From Klebsormidium nitens (taxonomy: Eukaryota > Plantae > Klebsormidiophyceae), in contig DF237046.1 in the NCBI GenBank assembly GCA_000708835.1, positions 8,079-72,078 on the forward strand: a DNA stretch of 64,000 nucleotides. The letters are read 5' to 3'. The notes under the pieces are model-generated. The model saw nothing but the letters and a program-made list of their open reading frames with translations. It was not told the origin of the DNA and searched no databases. Shown here piece after piece: positions 48,742-62,197 of the stretch; the first letter of the stretch is position 1, and every line of letters begins with the position of its first letter. The translations under genes and the position numbers were made by a program.

Positions 48742-51700
48742 ATGGAAGGAGTGTCCGCCTACGTCTCCTCCACGAGAGCTGTTGCCTCCTTTTTTGCCCC
48801 CATACAGCCAGCCTCTTGTTGGCAGAATGTTAAACGAGTTTTAGAGCCTTCCTCATTGCGCATCCTTGGGCAGCGTTGCGCACTGGACGGTCACCGTGCG
48901 TTCAAGGTGAGCTGGGGCTGCCCGATCCTCTGTAATGCTACACTACTCAATGCTGCTCTGGGGTGTGACTTGGTTGTCTTCTGGGGCTGCTTGTTATGTA
49001 AAAGCGCCACCTGGACTCTACTTTTTACCACCATTTTGTGAATTGCCATCATGATTTAAGCTTCCGAGTCTGTTCTAAATCTTTCTCTTGAAAGGTGGAT
49101 CACTGGACATGCCCATAATCCATTGTTGCAAAGAATGCTAACTGCGAGCAATCCCTTCTTTGGTAAGTGATGCTGAGGCCCAGGGCGCCAGCACTCGAGG
49201 TTTGCTCGGTGGGCCTACATTCTGTTTGCAAAATATGCACAGCAAAACATGTTTGGGCCGCACTGATTGCTTGCAGGGGAGTGAAAAAGGACGCTTACGA
49301 GAGCACCATGGTTTGCACGATCGGAAGGAGAGAAAGCAACGCAGAAGAAGGACAGCGTCACACGTTGCGAAGGTGCATTACCTTTCTGCCACACCCAGTT
49401 GGCTCGTATTGGACCTTCTATGAGTATACTTCCACTCTCTCTAACCTACGACACGAAGGCCTTGCCGGCAGCTGTGCCCCGCTTCTCGTCATTCGCAGAA
49501 GATTGGCCGCGAGCACGATGCACTGCAAAAGATGTTTATCGACACCGTATTCGCTTGTTATGCACCTTTTGACAGTCTCCTTTGTAATTGACAGGCCAGC
49601 GGGGAAGAGAACAGTGAGAACATTAAAGAAGGCAAGGAGTGAGGCCCCTTAAACTGGCTTGGATAGGCAAGACATGGTTATCTTTCACAGCCCTGACCCC
49701 CTCCAGACCTGTTTAGTTGCCAAAATTGATCAAGCGCTTCAGCTCTTGTCCACCTTTTGGCTTGAAAGTTCGATCTGTTATGATGTTGTTACAGTATCAA
49801 CTTGTTGAAACAATGGCAGTGCGTCCAGGGACGGACCGGTTGTGTGCAACCTGGGGACTCTTCAATGAGCTGTCTCTCAAGCCCATGTTTCTAATCAAAT
49901 GATGAAAGTTGGTATCAATCAGGGCCATTGTGAGCTCAAGCATTTTGTTTTGCCGACCTGCAGCATCTGATCATGCTGTAATATTGGCCCTCGTATAACT
50001 CTCTGCAGCAGAACGTCATCTTCAGGCGGCCAAACCGGGAGTGTCTCAACAAGAAACACCGACCAAGAGTTTAATGACAGGATAAGAGCGATACAGAGGT
50101 GAGGGGTCCCGCTTCCCAGGAACTTGGTGGTACTCAATTTCGGATTACAACCTGAATGAGGTTATCATGGTAAATAAGAGGTAGCTTTCTTGCGCGGCCG
50201 TCTGGGGGCCTCTTTCGGGTCAAGCTTTGTCGTTTGTCATAGTTCCAGCCACAAAGTACTGTGGCGGTGTCAGCTACTTCATATCAATCATGTCCGTTAT
50301 CTGAGAGACGGCACAGCTTTCAATAGATTGTGCTTATGCAGCTCGGATGCCAATCGATCTGGAGCCATGAACGTCGCTGGGGACGATGCTGGTGGAAAGA
50401 CGTCTGCAGAAGGGGAAAAGAATCCGTGGGTGAAGGTCAGAGCGCTTCTTATCAGGGTCTTCAGTTCCTGATCAGGGCTGGTTAAGAAAGGCGTGTCTTG
50501 TGAGGGACGAAGAGCTGAACGTATGCGGATCAATGTTGCAAGTTCGGGGCTTAACGATGTCTGCGACCATTTTGGCTCTGTAAAGATCAGGTCTTATGTA
50601 AGTCAGGGCTGACTTGATCTGCTTAATTTGGCCATGTCCAGATGCTCACAATCTTCTCTCGTCATGATTTTTGGGTATGTACTGCTTGTGAAGAAGAACA
50701 TTTGAAGGAACAGATTGCGCACTAGTTCCACGAATGTTGCAAACGGTTTGGGCACGCAGCAGAGTCGTCACCATTCCAGAGTGAGCTTCGCCGTCTGCAG
50801 AAGGCTGTATAAGACAGTCAAATCGATGCCGCTCCTTTCCACAGATCATTGCCGGTGCAGCGGCCGTAGCTCTCGTGGGGCAGATTGCTGTGAGCAACCT
50901 GATACCACAAAATAGCGGGTAAGTGTTTTTGCATTGAACTTCTCCAGAAAACTAGTTGGTCTAGAAGTATTCAGGAAGGGAGGTCTACTTGCTGCAAGCT
51001 GTGTTTTGGCTGTAAGGACCTAGGCGGCCACCCAAGATATATCAACAGGGCTAGGTCTTCTAGGTCTTTACTGGCTTTTGTTCTCAAGTCTTCTGTAAAT
51101 GGCTTCCGTTCTTAGTCCGACGTGATGATTCCGAACGATTTTATTCCGATACTTTCAAACTATCCAACCAGGAAAGCAGAATTTATTATGGTGATTCCGA
51201 ACAATCCCAATGCCCTATCTTCTCGCTTACAAATGGATTTTCAGGCTGATTTTAGCCTTTTTGGGGCTTCCGAAAACAATCCCAGCACTATTCAACCTTT
51301 CCGAATTTGCACTTTCCGAACGGAAATTCGCATTTCTGACATTCCGAATGCAGACATCTAGTTATCTACTCGGAATCATCTCGTTGGGAGGCTTTTTCGG
51401 GCATTCCTAAATGATTCCCGCCACTTAAGTAAGCGTATCCCTTGGCAGTTGAAAAGGAAGGCCGTAAGCTTGTCGAACCAACGTATTGCATGGGGTAAGA
51501 ATCACAAATCGCTGTGATCGGCGAATAGGTGTGTCGGCTTAAGGAAACGGGTTTTCTGTGCAGGTTGGGTGGACTGCCAAGCGAGAGCGCCCAAGAGCAG
51601 GCAGCGAGCGAAGAGACGAAACAGCTACAGGTCAGTCAACCGTTTGGCCCGGCAAGTTTGCACGAACATTCTAATTGAGCAGAACTTTTATGGCTAGGTA

Positions 51701-54700
51701 AGATGGTCAGGCGCTTCGAGAAGATTGGATTCGATGTTCTGTCGAGCGGACAGCCATCAGCTTTCGAACCTTTGCACAGTCGTCGCCTGGTGGCAACGTA
51801 CGCTTTGAATCTGTGCAAGTTCCAGAATGATCTGACGTGGTACCCCACTCTGTGGTTGTGATTACAGAGACAAGCAGCAGCCTTTGAGGCGATGCTTCAA
51901 CGCACGCCCTCCGATGTTGAAGCTCTCGAGGTAAAGAATCAGGGCTGCAGCTGACACTCATCAATACATGTTCGGTCGAAATCGATCACAAGCGCTGAAA
52001 GTTGCATTCGGCGAAATGGCACTGAAGGGCTCTCGTCAAGGGTTCCTGTAAAATCTCCTCGAAACGTCCTTTTTACGCAAACGAAGGCGAACTTCTTCTA
52101 GCTTCCAAACCGGAGCCATCTCCTTCTATTGTTTCCTGCTGTCGACCCTTTCTTGCTGCCGAATGCTTCCGAATTCAGGAATTCCATTGCGATTGCGAGT
52201 TCTGAAAGTTGGTGATTGCTGCAGGGTGCAGGCGTCCTCTACGCCAGTCTTGGCGACTACAACAAGGCCGCGGAGTATCTGGAGAAACTAGTCAAGGTGA
52301 GGCGTCTTTTCTCACCCGTGCATCTTTGGGCTATTTATCAAGTAGCTTACCAGACCAAAGGTTTGCTAGTCAAAAATCTCGAGGGAGGGGGTCGGAAATC
52401 AGTGGAGGAAGAGACTGAGGGACACCGCAAGGAATGGCTGTTTGAAATGCAGCCGAGATGTTGTTCCCGGGAAAAGACGGCTGCCTTACGAGGGGTCCCA
52501 TCCGGGGCTCCACTCGCTCGTTCCTGTCTCTCGGAGAGCGGACAGCTTCTGGATCCGCAAAGCAGGCAACAGAGCAGCCTCCAAACAATTGCATCCGCTG
52601 TTCTTTCCGGCAAGTATTCACTCACCTTACATTCCTTTTTTTCCGACTGTTGGGACTGCCGTGGTTGTGCGGCCTTGCGAAGACGTGCGAGTGGAGATAA
52701 ACATTTTATGCTGGTCTGGTTTTGGGTCGACTGCAGCTGCCTCCGGTTTAATCACAACTGTTAATCTACCGCTTTTCTTGCAGGCCCGGCCCAGCTACGT
52801 GGAAGCCCTCCGGTTACTGGCCGAGGTCAAGTTCGAGGCGCGCGACTTCTCCAGAGCTGCGTACATGTACAGGCGGGCAATCAAGGTCAGTCGTCGGCGC
52901 CGATCTCGAAATACAGATTGTAGCGAGCCGTTGAGCCTTGCGCAATCCGGCTGCGCGGGCCTGTTTGGGTACGAAGAAGCATGTCTGTCGCTCTTTGAAA
53001 GTATTCTGCACTGGTATCAAAGCACGAAAACAGACCACGCGAGGAACCCTTCGCATTGCCCTCGCCGGATGTCTGTCAACTTTCTGGCTCCGCAGAAGTC
53101 AAGTATTTTACTGATATCTTCCGTACGGTTGTTCGACCGAGCGACCATCCATAAGACGGTCTTGAGGATTTGGCTCCTTTCCATCACTCCCATATTCCTA
53201 GCAAGTCGAGCGGGGGTCGCCCGACTTTCCGTCTCGTTGCTGGCCTCGTAATCGACTCGTCACGACGATGATCTGCACATACCAACACTATTTCGGTGCT
53301 ACTGGTAATCAACGATACACAAGACAAGCGTTGTTTGTCCGGCAGGCGAGCCCGGAGGAGTCGCTGGGTCTGCTTAAAGGTTTGGCGGACACGCTCATCA
53401 GCGACAATCGGTCGAACGAGGCCGTAGATGAGATCCTGAAAGCGCGGAAGCGCCTGAAAACGGCGGAGGCTGCGCAAAGAGCGGGGGCTCCGGCGGAAGG
53501 ACTGGCGGAAGAGCGGAACGCTGCGGACGGAAGTCGAGAGCCGGGCGAAACGGACGCGGAGACTGCTAGCAGTGGTGATGAGGTCCCGGTGAGTGCGCTC
53601 CGTGCACCGTCATCAGACGGTTCCCTGTCGTCGGTTCGAAGATCATTTTTACCGCACGAGGTTGATAACGCAGCGACTCCAAGATGACCTGGCTTGATTA
53701 CAAAAGCGCAGGTGTAGCAGACGCACTGTCGCAACGGTTCCACCAGTCAAGCCGAGCCACTTCGGCACTGCGGAACGCTGTCTGCGGAGTATAATGCTTA
53801 TAGGCAGTGAACCAGCTCCTGAAGGCTCCTGAAAGCCTTTCAGAAAGTGCGCGGACGGGGATGATCGTACCGAAATGTTTGTGTTGAAAGTCGCGCTTCT
53901 AACTGTTTGGATTCATGACCCACTGTCGGTAGGTACATGCTTTTTGCCGGGATGCTCAGTATGTAGTAAGTAGTTACCGGGGCATCGGCCACAAGCGGAG
54001 GGGGGGCTTAGCAGCTTCTCATGCGGTCCCCCACACATCCTTTCTCGACGGGGACGGAACAAGCCCGATACGACTATACTTGATCCCACAACTTGCTACT
54101 TCCTAATGTAATCTGGTTTACAGCGCGATAAAAGGCCTCAACGAGACCGGAGCTTTCAATTTTTAGCTTCAATTGCTCACGGTATGAATCCTGTCCTTGC
54201 AGATTGACTTGCTTTTAGCTCAGGCGTACCAGTATTGGGACAAGCCGAATAACGCTCTAGCAGTATACGACGGGCTGATGGCCGAGTACCCAGACGACTT
54301 CCGAGCTTATCTGGCGAAGGGCATCCTGCTGAAACAGCAGAACCGGGAGGCTGAGGCGGAGCAGGTATTAGAAAAGGTGAGCTCGTTGGGATTCGTTCAA
54401 CCATTTCGGAGCGGAGTTAGGAGCCCCCTCAACGTTGCCTGACGTGCCTTGATCCGTACCCAGCTCTTCGCGTGACAATGACGTCTCGGTTTCCACCCTT
54501 CAATCTTTGAAGCTCAAAAGGCAATCTTGACGCAAAGAGCTGGTTATTCAGCGAACGGATCGTTTGTTGATGCTGACTGGAGCTGAGCACTGAGCTTCTA
54601 GGAGGTCGACCGATGAGTATCTGGCTCTAGCTGACGTCGACCAGCTTAGCAGTCCGTCAGACTACCTGCGCCAGGGGGATCCTGTTTGGAGTATGTGCAC

Positions 54701-54955
54701 GGATGCTTCGCAAGCTCTATCAAGGCGAGTAAGCTTTACTGGTCCTGGGGGAGTCCTTGTTCGTTCCGTCAACAGGCCAGCCAGATCAACCATGGCGACG
54801 CACCGTGCCCGCAAAGCCACCGAAAGCATCTTCTCGCAAACCTAGTCGAAATCACGTGATTTTTGATTCCGATGTTCTGCTTCCTGCAGGCAAGGTTGTT
54901 GGTGCCGAATGCCGCCAAGCAATTGGTGGACGGGCTCACCGGCGAGTCAAGATAA
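48742..54955 (+). CDS. Tetratricopeptide-repeat protein with putative plastid transit peptide and a single TM helix (At1g78915-like)
   Basis: The TM exon reads IIAGAAAVALVGQIAVSNL. TPR exons read GAGVLYASLGDYNKAAEYLEKL, EALRLLAEVKFEARDFSRAAYMYRRA, LLLAQAYQYWDKPNNALAVYDGL and PDDFRAYLAKGILL. The last exon 54890-54955 reads ARLLVPNAAKQLVD. The N-terminal exon chain, including a 46-nt exon at 51449-51494, is inferred from phase consistency. Confidence 0.82.
51110..51390. mobile_element. Degenerate second copy of the 20809-21097 MITE, inside a TPR-gene intron
   Basis: Left end tcttagtccgacgtgatgattccgaacgattttatt and right end ctcggaatcatctcgttggga are colinear with copy 1 throughout, including gtgattccga, aatgccctat, cctttccgaa and catttctgac. 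The termini are eroded and no TA target duplication is evident. Confidence 0.88.
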
Positions 54956-56316
54956 GTCGGCCTGGCCCCTTGACACATTGTTATTTTGAACATGTCACGA
55001 TTGGGTTGAAACAAGTGTCTCAGTTCGCCGAACGTAGAGGGGGCGATCATTCTTAGGTGCCTAATGAAAAAAACCAGCCATCTGTTACAATGGAAGGTTC
55101 TTCAAGAAATTTATCAACTTGGGTTGTTGACTACCGGCTCAACTAGCCGGGCGTAATTAGGGAAATTGAGGGAATGACTCTCGCATGATGCTGGGCATCT
55201 TTGCTTTCAATGTTATTGGACCCGCCCCCAGACATGTAGATGGTCGAACGAACGCACCTGATGCTGCCGTATTGCGCTAGCTCGCGGGCCTCTTCGCAAA
55301 CATTCACAGTGTACAAGTTGCCTGCATGGTACATGTCGATCATTTTTAGAGCGAAGGCTTTTTCGCGTCCGCACGGTGTGGGAATCAGACTCAGTATACA
55401 CCGTGTGAAGCATGGCATCTGCAGCAGCATCGATCTCCGACCCGCGGGCCAACCATGCGACAATTAAGGCGAGGGCCTGCCATGATGCATTCCAATTCTC
55501 GTGGAAGGACCAGTAAGACTTCGCTAGTCCACGGCAGAAAGACAATCCTATACCTAGTATTAGTATGCTGCATGGGATCATGAGACGAGTCGGCTCGTCG
55601 AGCGCGTTCCCGGATGCATATACAGGGCGTGCATATAAGCGGAGTTGCTACTGTCCATGTATAAGATTGTGGTACTCTGGATAGAGTATGCCAGACTAGG
55701 CTTGTGGCCGGATCGAAGCATACGCGCGGCCGCGCCTGTCTAATCCGGAGGCGCCAGGCCCTGGAGTATACATCCAACTGTATTCTCTACTGTAAAGATT
55801 ACAGTCATGCTGCAAAATGTTCAAAGGATACGTTGCGCTCAAATCATCGGTCGAATTAAGTTTAATGCAAGCCGCGCCGTTGAAGAGGGACAGGTGTTGC
55901 ATGACATCAATCTGGAATATGCACTAGGCATAGCGCTGATCCAATACTCGACCGTCAGATTGACGCCACGTGGAATTGCAATGGCCGAGTTGTAATATAC
56001 ACTGTCACATGTACAATGATCAATGTTTGTTGAGCATGCAGTGTAACGGTGAAGACACTCTCGTTCCCAGTGTCCTCAGTCTTTGAGCAAGTGTAGGCGC
56101 TTTGTTCAGGGAATTTGTTTGGACGCGCTTCACCAAGGCCATCACGAGGCGCCATGGAACCGTAGAAGCCGTTCTGCTTCGCTCAAAGCGTCGTCCTCAT
56201 GGCGCCTGTCAAGATGTTAAGATGCCCGAGGTTCCAGGTCCCCCTTCTACTTTTTTAGGATCCCATCCTAGCCCATCTTTCCCAAATTGCTTCAGCCGTG
56301 CCGTTTTGAAACGCCT

Positions 56317-59300
56317 TCAAGTTCTTGGAGTCGAACCGACCTCTTGAAGTCGTGCCGCCTCATCCAAGTACAGACCGAACTGAACCCACTTGGCGGTCAG
56401 CGTTGCGAGGGCCAACTGAAGCAAGACGAACGTCAGCAGAGCCCCAGCTCCAAGCTTGAGAACTACATGTGGATACCTTTTGTAGGCGATCCCAACAGCT
56501 GCCCCAAAGGCCACCAAATCTGCAATCTGGCGAAGGTTTAGAGGCCACCTTTGCTCCATCAGTTCGCCCATCCATAGTGCCTGCAATGATTGACAAAAAG
56601 GCCTGAATTATAATCCATGAGGACGTTGACGGCGTTGGAACTTTTGCAAAAGAACTTCAAAAGCAATTGGCGGTTCGAGGATCTCCCTCAATAATTCCCC
56701 CAGATCTCCAGCCTCCAAACTCCAATTGCCGCGAGATAGTGAGCACAGTCTTTCCGCTTCATATATAGTTTTCCATCAGAAAGGGTTCGCATGACCGAAG
56801 AAAAAACCATTGCGAAATCCTAGTTGAAGGCCTAGACGGGAAGAACGGCAAGGAGTTGAGGATTGATTTACCTACAACTCTTCGTTGGCTAGGCGCTGGA
56901 ACACCTTTTGCATGGTCTTCAACCTGTCTCGGACGTACGAGAGGGTGTGATGGGCAAACCGAGCTCGGATTCCGGCCACGTGCGCGGCGCCTACGACAGC
57001 CACAGTTACGTATCCCCTGATATTCGCATGCTCTGCAAGGCGCTGCAAAGGCATAGGACAAATGGAGACTTGTCGCATGAAACGAACTTCTCAAATGCAC
57101 GGATTTCTTACGAGCTCGTATCGAAGTCGTTGAGACCTGATTGGACAAGACCTGAGCGAGACGACGTTGATGAGCCACGGCAGCTAACCACTTGCAGAAG
57201 TTCTGCTCTTAGACGATCCTTACCCTCCCGGCTCAAAATTCAGGGGATCTGGAGGTAAGGGACTCGATATCCTGACGAGAGAGTTAACATCCTGAAACTC
57301 ACGAGAGCCATCAAGTCGTCTCTTGGTGCGAGCTTAGCGCGTGGTGCCGAGCTTCTGAAGAGCCTCGCTCGGTAACTCTCGCCACATTCAAAGATGTGCG
57401 ACCGGAACTCCGCAACGTCTGCTGGCAGGGGCATCGATCGACCTGGAGCAATTTGTACTGACGTTGAGTGATGTCGTATGTAATCACTAAGGTTGAAGAG
57501 TTCACGATCTTGCTGGTGCAAGTTTTGCCCTCAAGCTTCACTCCACGGCCCTCAAAAAGGATTCTGTTCTTGAAGCTTCTGTCCAAGACACAACCCCACA
57601 CAAGTTGAGTTCTTTGGAAGAAGTGGCCCGTCTTCATGTGAACGCTGATCATCGACAAAAAGTCGGCCTTCTAGCTTCTATGCAACGCCTGATTACGGCA
57701 TAGTAAACCACCCCCCCGTTCTAATAACGTACCTGTTCTACTGGGAACATTTCACAAAATCCGGTCGTTCTACCTAGTACGTTGTGTTTATGCTCTGCGC
57801 AGGCACGTTCCTGGTTTGCGAAAGACACAGATGAAAAAAGGGTTACGTTCTTACTCCTTCGCAAGTGGAATCCAATATTTCAGTGGCCAAATAAGGAAAG
57901 GGTCAGTAGTGACGAAGAGGTCACGCAATTCGTATGCGGGCGCCGCTTTCATGAACAGTAATATTCTTGACCTCGTATCTCACCTTCAAGGAAGGCTGAA
58001 CATATTCTGAAGAAAGCCCTCTTGGGTTGTTTGGGTAGTTGCTCTACCCAACTGCATGCGGCGTAGAGGAACTCCCATACAAAGGGGTCCCGATCGCGAA
58101 CCTTCTGCGGCCAGCCAGTCCAGCGAAACGAACAATTGTTGCTGAAAGTTCAGTCGGAAGTATGTCCAACCGTCTGAATGGAGTACGAGTAGACTTAAAA
58201 CGTGACTCGTCTGATTCTGGCATCTGCTCTTTTTGTCCTCTAGTACACACGAGCAACAGAGAACAATGCTCAAAAAGCGCTAGCTGCAAGAGCAGTTGAG
58301 CTCATCATGATGATTTCCACAGAATTGAGATCAGGCGAGGTACAGGAAGAGTAGATGCCTCCTCGAAGTGCAAGAGACTCACCTCGTGCTCCTTGGTGAG
58401 TTCCACCAGTTCCTTCTTCTCTGATTCTGGCATCCCTTGAAGGATCCTAGCTTCCACTCGCTTTCTGATGCTTTCCAAATCAGGATCTTGGAAACGATAG
58501 TGCCTGCATTGTTTGCATATATTGCAATTTTGGCCACTGCTATCCTATAAGGCTGGCCCAAACTGGCCTTCTAATCTGTTTATCTGGCCGGAAAAGCCTG
58601 TGCCAAGCTGATCAGGCAACTCTTACAAACGTCAAGTCTCTTGTCGAGTAAGAGACCACTTGAACAACGTAGTAACGAGAAGAGACTTGCAGAATAGAGG
58701 TGAGAGATAGAGCTCGAGGTTGAGAGAGACGGCAAAAAGAGGGATCCTACTGATGTGATTTGGGCAGATCGACTAGCCGAACAAGGTACTCACTGGTCAA
58801 TCAAAGCGACCTTAATATCCAAGCGCTGAGCGGTTATAATTGCAGACTCCATGTCGCCGCAGTCCCCACCTTCGATCTGCATCCCACACATAAGGATTGC
58901 ATAGAGGATATTAGTCGGAAGCACAGAGAACATCAAAGAGACGACGTTGAAGCAATTCTCTGTAGATACGAAGAAAGGCGTCCAGGATCAGAGTTGTGAG
59001 TCCCCTTCTTAATTTGAATGAATGTCCATCGTGCGCCGAGCATCTCAGTTTATGCTACATTGCAACTATCAAGCCTATCAGTGTGTAGGCTCACTAGCAA
59101 TCAGTGGCAGCATGATATGGTGGTTGTCAAGCGCACACCTACCTGTGCTCTGAAATGGCCGAAATAACCGTTCCAAAACGTCCTGAAGCTGCCACCATAT
59201 GTTGACCAGATGACCAGCAATACCTGCAAAGATCTGAAAAGGGTGTACCGCCAGTGACCCAGTGAGGGCAGGCTATGGCATATTGCGATGTGCGTGGGCA

Positions 59301-60446
59301 ACGCGCTCAGTCCGCTAGGATCTCTGGCATTTGTAAAATAGCTGTTTATCAGTTGACCAGCTTTTAGCGCAACTGATTCAAAAGGAGACTAGCCTCACAA
59401 CCAAAGTCTCAAATGTCTGTCAACTTGTCAGTGAAGTCCGAAAGTGGCAAACAGATTGAGCGCTCAGCTCATTGAACCTTCAACAGGCTCACCTCCAGTG
59501 GCTTGGTCAAGTCAGAGCTTGCGCTTTCCGGAAGGGAGGGGGCAGCATATCCAGCAATCCGGTCGAGGTCAAGCTGTCACAGCAAAACTGCATCAGATCA
59601 ATCCATTATGCAATACTGTGAACAGCAACCCCAACTTACTTTCCAGCTGGCAGCAACTGTGACAATGATCTCAAAGCACACAAGAGTAAGATATTACACA
59701 CAAGTACTAGTGTTCTGAAAATTTGGAACATTCGTTTGGGGACGGGTTATTTAAGCGCTCAGAACCTGCGAGCATACGCAGCCTGCCACTATAATGGGGG
59801 CAATATGCTTCACCTCTACGGCCACGACGTCCGGCCGGACAGCTTCGATGAGCATCCTGACGTCAGTGGCGCTGATAAGGGACTCATGTGTGGTCCCAAT
59901 CAAGTACACAATGCCCCCGCTGCTTGGATTTTTAAGGACCAGGACATTCTTTTTGTTGTCCTCCGGCAGTGCTAGCTCTTCTAGGTGACTTGGGCTCTCA
60001 AACAGGGCACAGGCCTCGGGCTGCCTTTTCAGCACTTGGAGGCCTCGTTCCAGTGGGAAGCCCTCAGCCAGGATCTCTGCAACGTCAGCAAGGGGAACAT
60101 AGTCGTCTCTGTACGGAGGGGGCTTCGCAGCAGGGGCAACTTGGCGACGAAACGGATTGGCTGACGACTTGATGCGACCGTATTTTGATGCTCCTGGGAG
60201 CTTGTCAGGACCAGACCCTGAAGGAATTGGAGATCTCCACCTACTTCTTTGTGCTTTCTTTATTTCCCAAGCTTTACGCCTATGATCTGCGACATTGCTT
60301 CTCCCAGGGGGTCTGGACAAGACCAGCTGCTTTGGTCTGCCACTTGTGCGAGGTGAGGGAGGCTGCCCAGTTGCCTCGAAGCTGGTCACATCATGTTTGA
60401 TGTGGCTGCAGAGAAACGGCCTGGCAAAATATCGGGTGGACGCCAT
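56317..60446 (-). CDS. TraB/PrgY/gumN (TRABD/TIKI-like) family protein with organellar presequence and C-terminal hydrophobic helices
   Basis: Exon 1 (60446-59814) ends VYLIGTTHESLISATDVRMLIEAVRPDVVAVE and joins LDLDR. Downstream segments are A..TAQRLDIKVALIDQ, PRDDLMAL|RLAE and VTVAVVGAAHVAGIR. The last exon carries a hydrophobic helix pair and stops at 56319-56317. One internal junction (~59490 to ~59230) is not resolved. Confidence 0.75.
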
Positions 60447-62197
60447 AGAGGCGCGCGCGCGTTGCGTCACGTCCTGCGCTTAGGATTGAGCAGACAAAAT
60501 ACAGGCAAAGTTTGTTTAACACATTGAATAGAATTCAAGTGACTTGTTTCGATAAGCCCTCTACAGTTCTCAGCTGCTTTCTTCAGCAATATTGCCTAGC
60601 TAGCCCAAAATGCAAGCCGACGTACGTCAAAGTGAAGCACCCATACGTTTCACAAGAGCGCCACTGAGTGCTTCTACTCATGAAATTCTGCAGGCGGCGC
60701 TTTCCCACCAGGGGCCGACTTGAATTTAGCTTCTCAGCTACTGTGGTCAGGGGCCAGGGCCGAGCTGATTGAAGAGAGGGACAGGCGCCCAGGAAGCGCA
60801 AGATAGGTACACGCCACGCTTGACAGTAGGCCGCTTGGCAGATCGAAAAGTGACTGGAACACTGCCAGCTGTCAATTTGGCAAGCCGGCCGGCAACCGGG
60901 GCCCAGATCCGGCGGGCCGGTTCTGAAAAGCCGATCGGGCCAACAGCAGGTCCAGCGTACTTCGCGTTGGAGAAGGGACCCTGCCCCGGGGCCCTGCCCG
61001 GGGATGCTGGGCCGGGGCCGGCCTGCGGGGTAACGACCTACGTTCTCAGAATGGTCATCGGGGCACATGGTTGAACCGTTCGATGGCTTCGTTTGCTCCA
61101 CGTCAGCAGAACATCGCCATCGCAGCCATCGACTTACGATTGTAGAATCCGGACACCCTTAGCTTCGAAGGGTTGTAGGTATTACCTAGGTATTGGCATC
61201 AGTGCACTGCACCCCGCACCGGTACTGAAAGTCCACTTCTTATCGAGACGCTACCTGGGTACCGTACTGAAAAGTAAAGGTACCTACGGTGTACCTAACA
61301 CCGTACCTTGGTACTACGGTAATACCGGTACCTAGTAGGTATTTACCGTAGCTAGAAGGTACCTACGTACGTCCTACTACCGTAGTGTATCGCTTCCCTG
61401 ACCGTGTACATGGCAACCGTTCAGCTTCCCTTCTGTATAGGTACCTCTTCTGAGTAGTACAGCAGCTCCAGCCTGGTCCGCTTTGGTACGGTACGCTAGC
61501 GATTGCTTTCCAGCTAGGAATAAGCAATAATGCACTGCCATCTTGTTCTATGGAAATGGATCAGCTCAGCGCCGCTGCACGGTGGCCCCAACGCGGTAGT
61601 AGGTACCGGGGCCTGATGAGCTTGCATGGCGCTTGGTGGTTCCGTCGAAGCTCGAAGTCAGTTCGTATTCTGCGGTAATCTGAAAGCTGGACTGCACTAA
61701 ATGTAAAGTCCAAGGCACTGGGACCAGTGTACGAAAGTATCTGACATCCCTAACGAAGTTTTGGATTGATTCTTGGAGTTTCGACAGCAGCTCCGCCTTC
61801 CACCTTCCTCAAGGTACAGGGGATCATGAGGTGAAGTCCCGCGTCCAGCGCGGTTCTGGCGAGACCTCGTTGCGTTATGTCGATCCATTGGCTGCGTAAA
61901 GTAACATTTGCTGAAATAGGTATCATGTGCGGGTCATGGCTGCGGATGTTTGTTCCCTAATCGACTCGCAGCTTAATGTCCCAAGAGCCGATTAAATGGA
62001 ATTGCCACTAGATCGAAAACATTCGACCAGATTTAGCTTCGCCTAGTTTCCTGTATCCGCTCAGACCGTTTTGGCTGGTCGGCCGATTATCAAAGCCTGG
62101 TTTATACTCAGCCTGGCGAAAGCTGGAGATATGCAACTCTGCGCCGTCTCAGCCATTCGTCGACAGCCACTGGTTGTGACAGTAGCTGGCCTCTAGG

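Noticed and set aside
55143-55581. Overlapping minus-strand ORFs (106 and 122 aa) between the convergent TPR and TraB genes; considered as a decayed transposase
   Set aside because: I found no DDE or other recognisable motif, no terminal repeats and no coherent splice model. A tBLASTx search would be needed to revive it.
60583-61101. GC-rich ORFs upstream of TraB
   Set aside because: They are stop-poor because of high GC and GGGCC promoter-like repeats, and show no protein signature.
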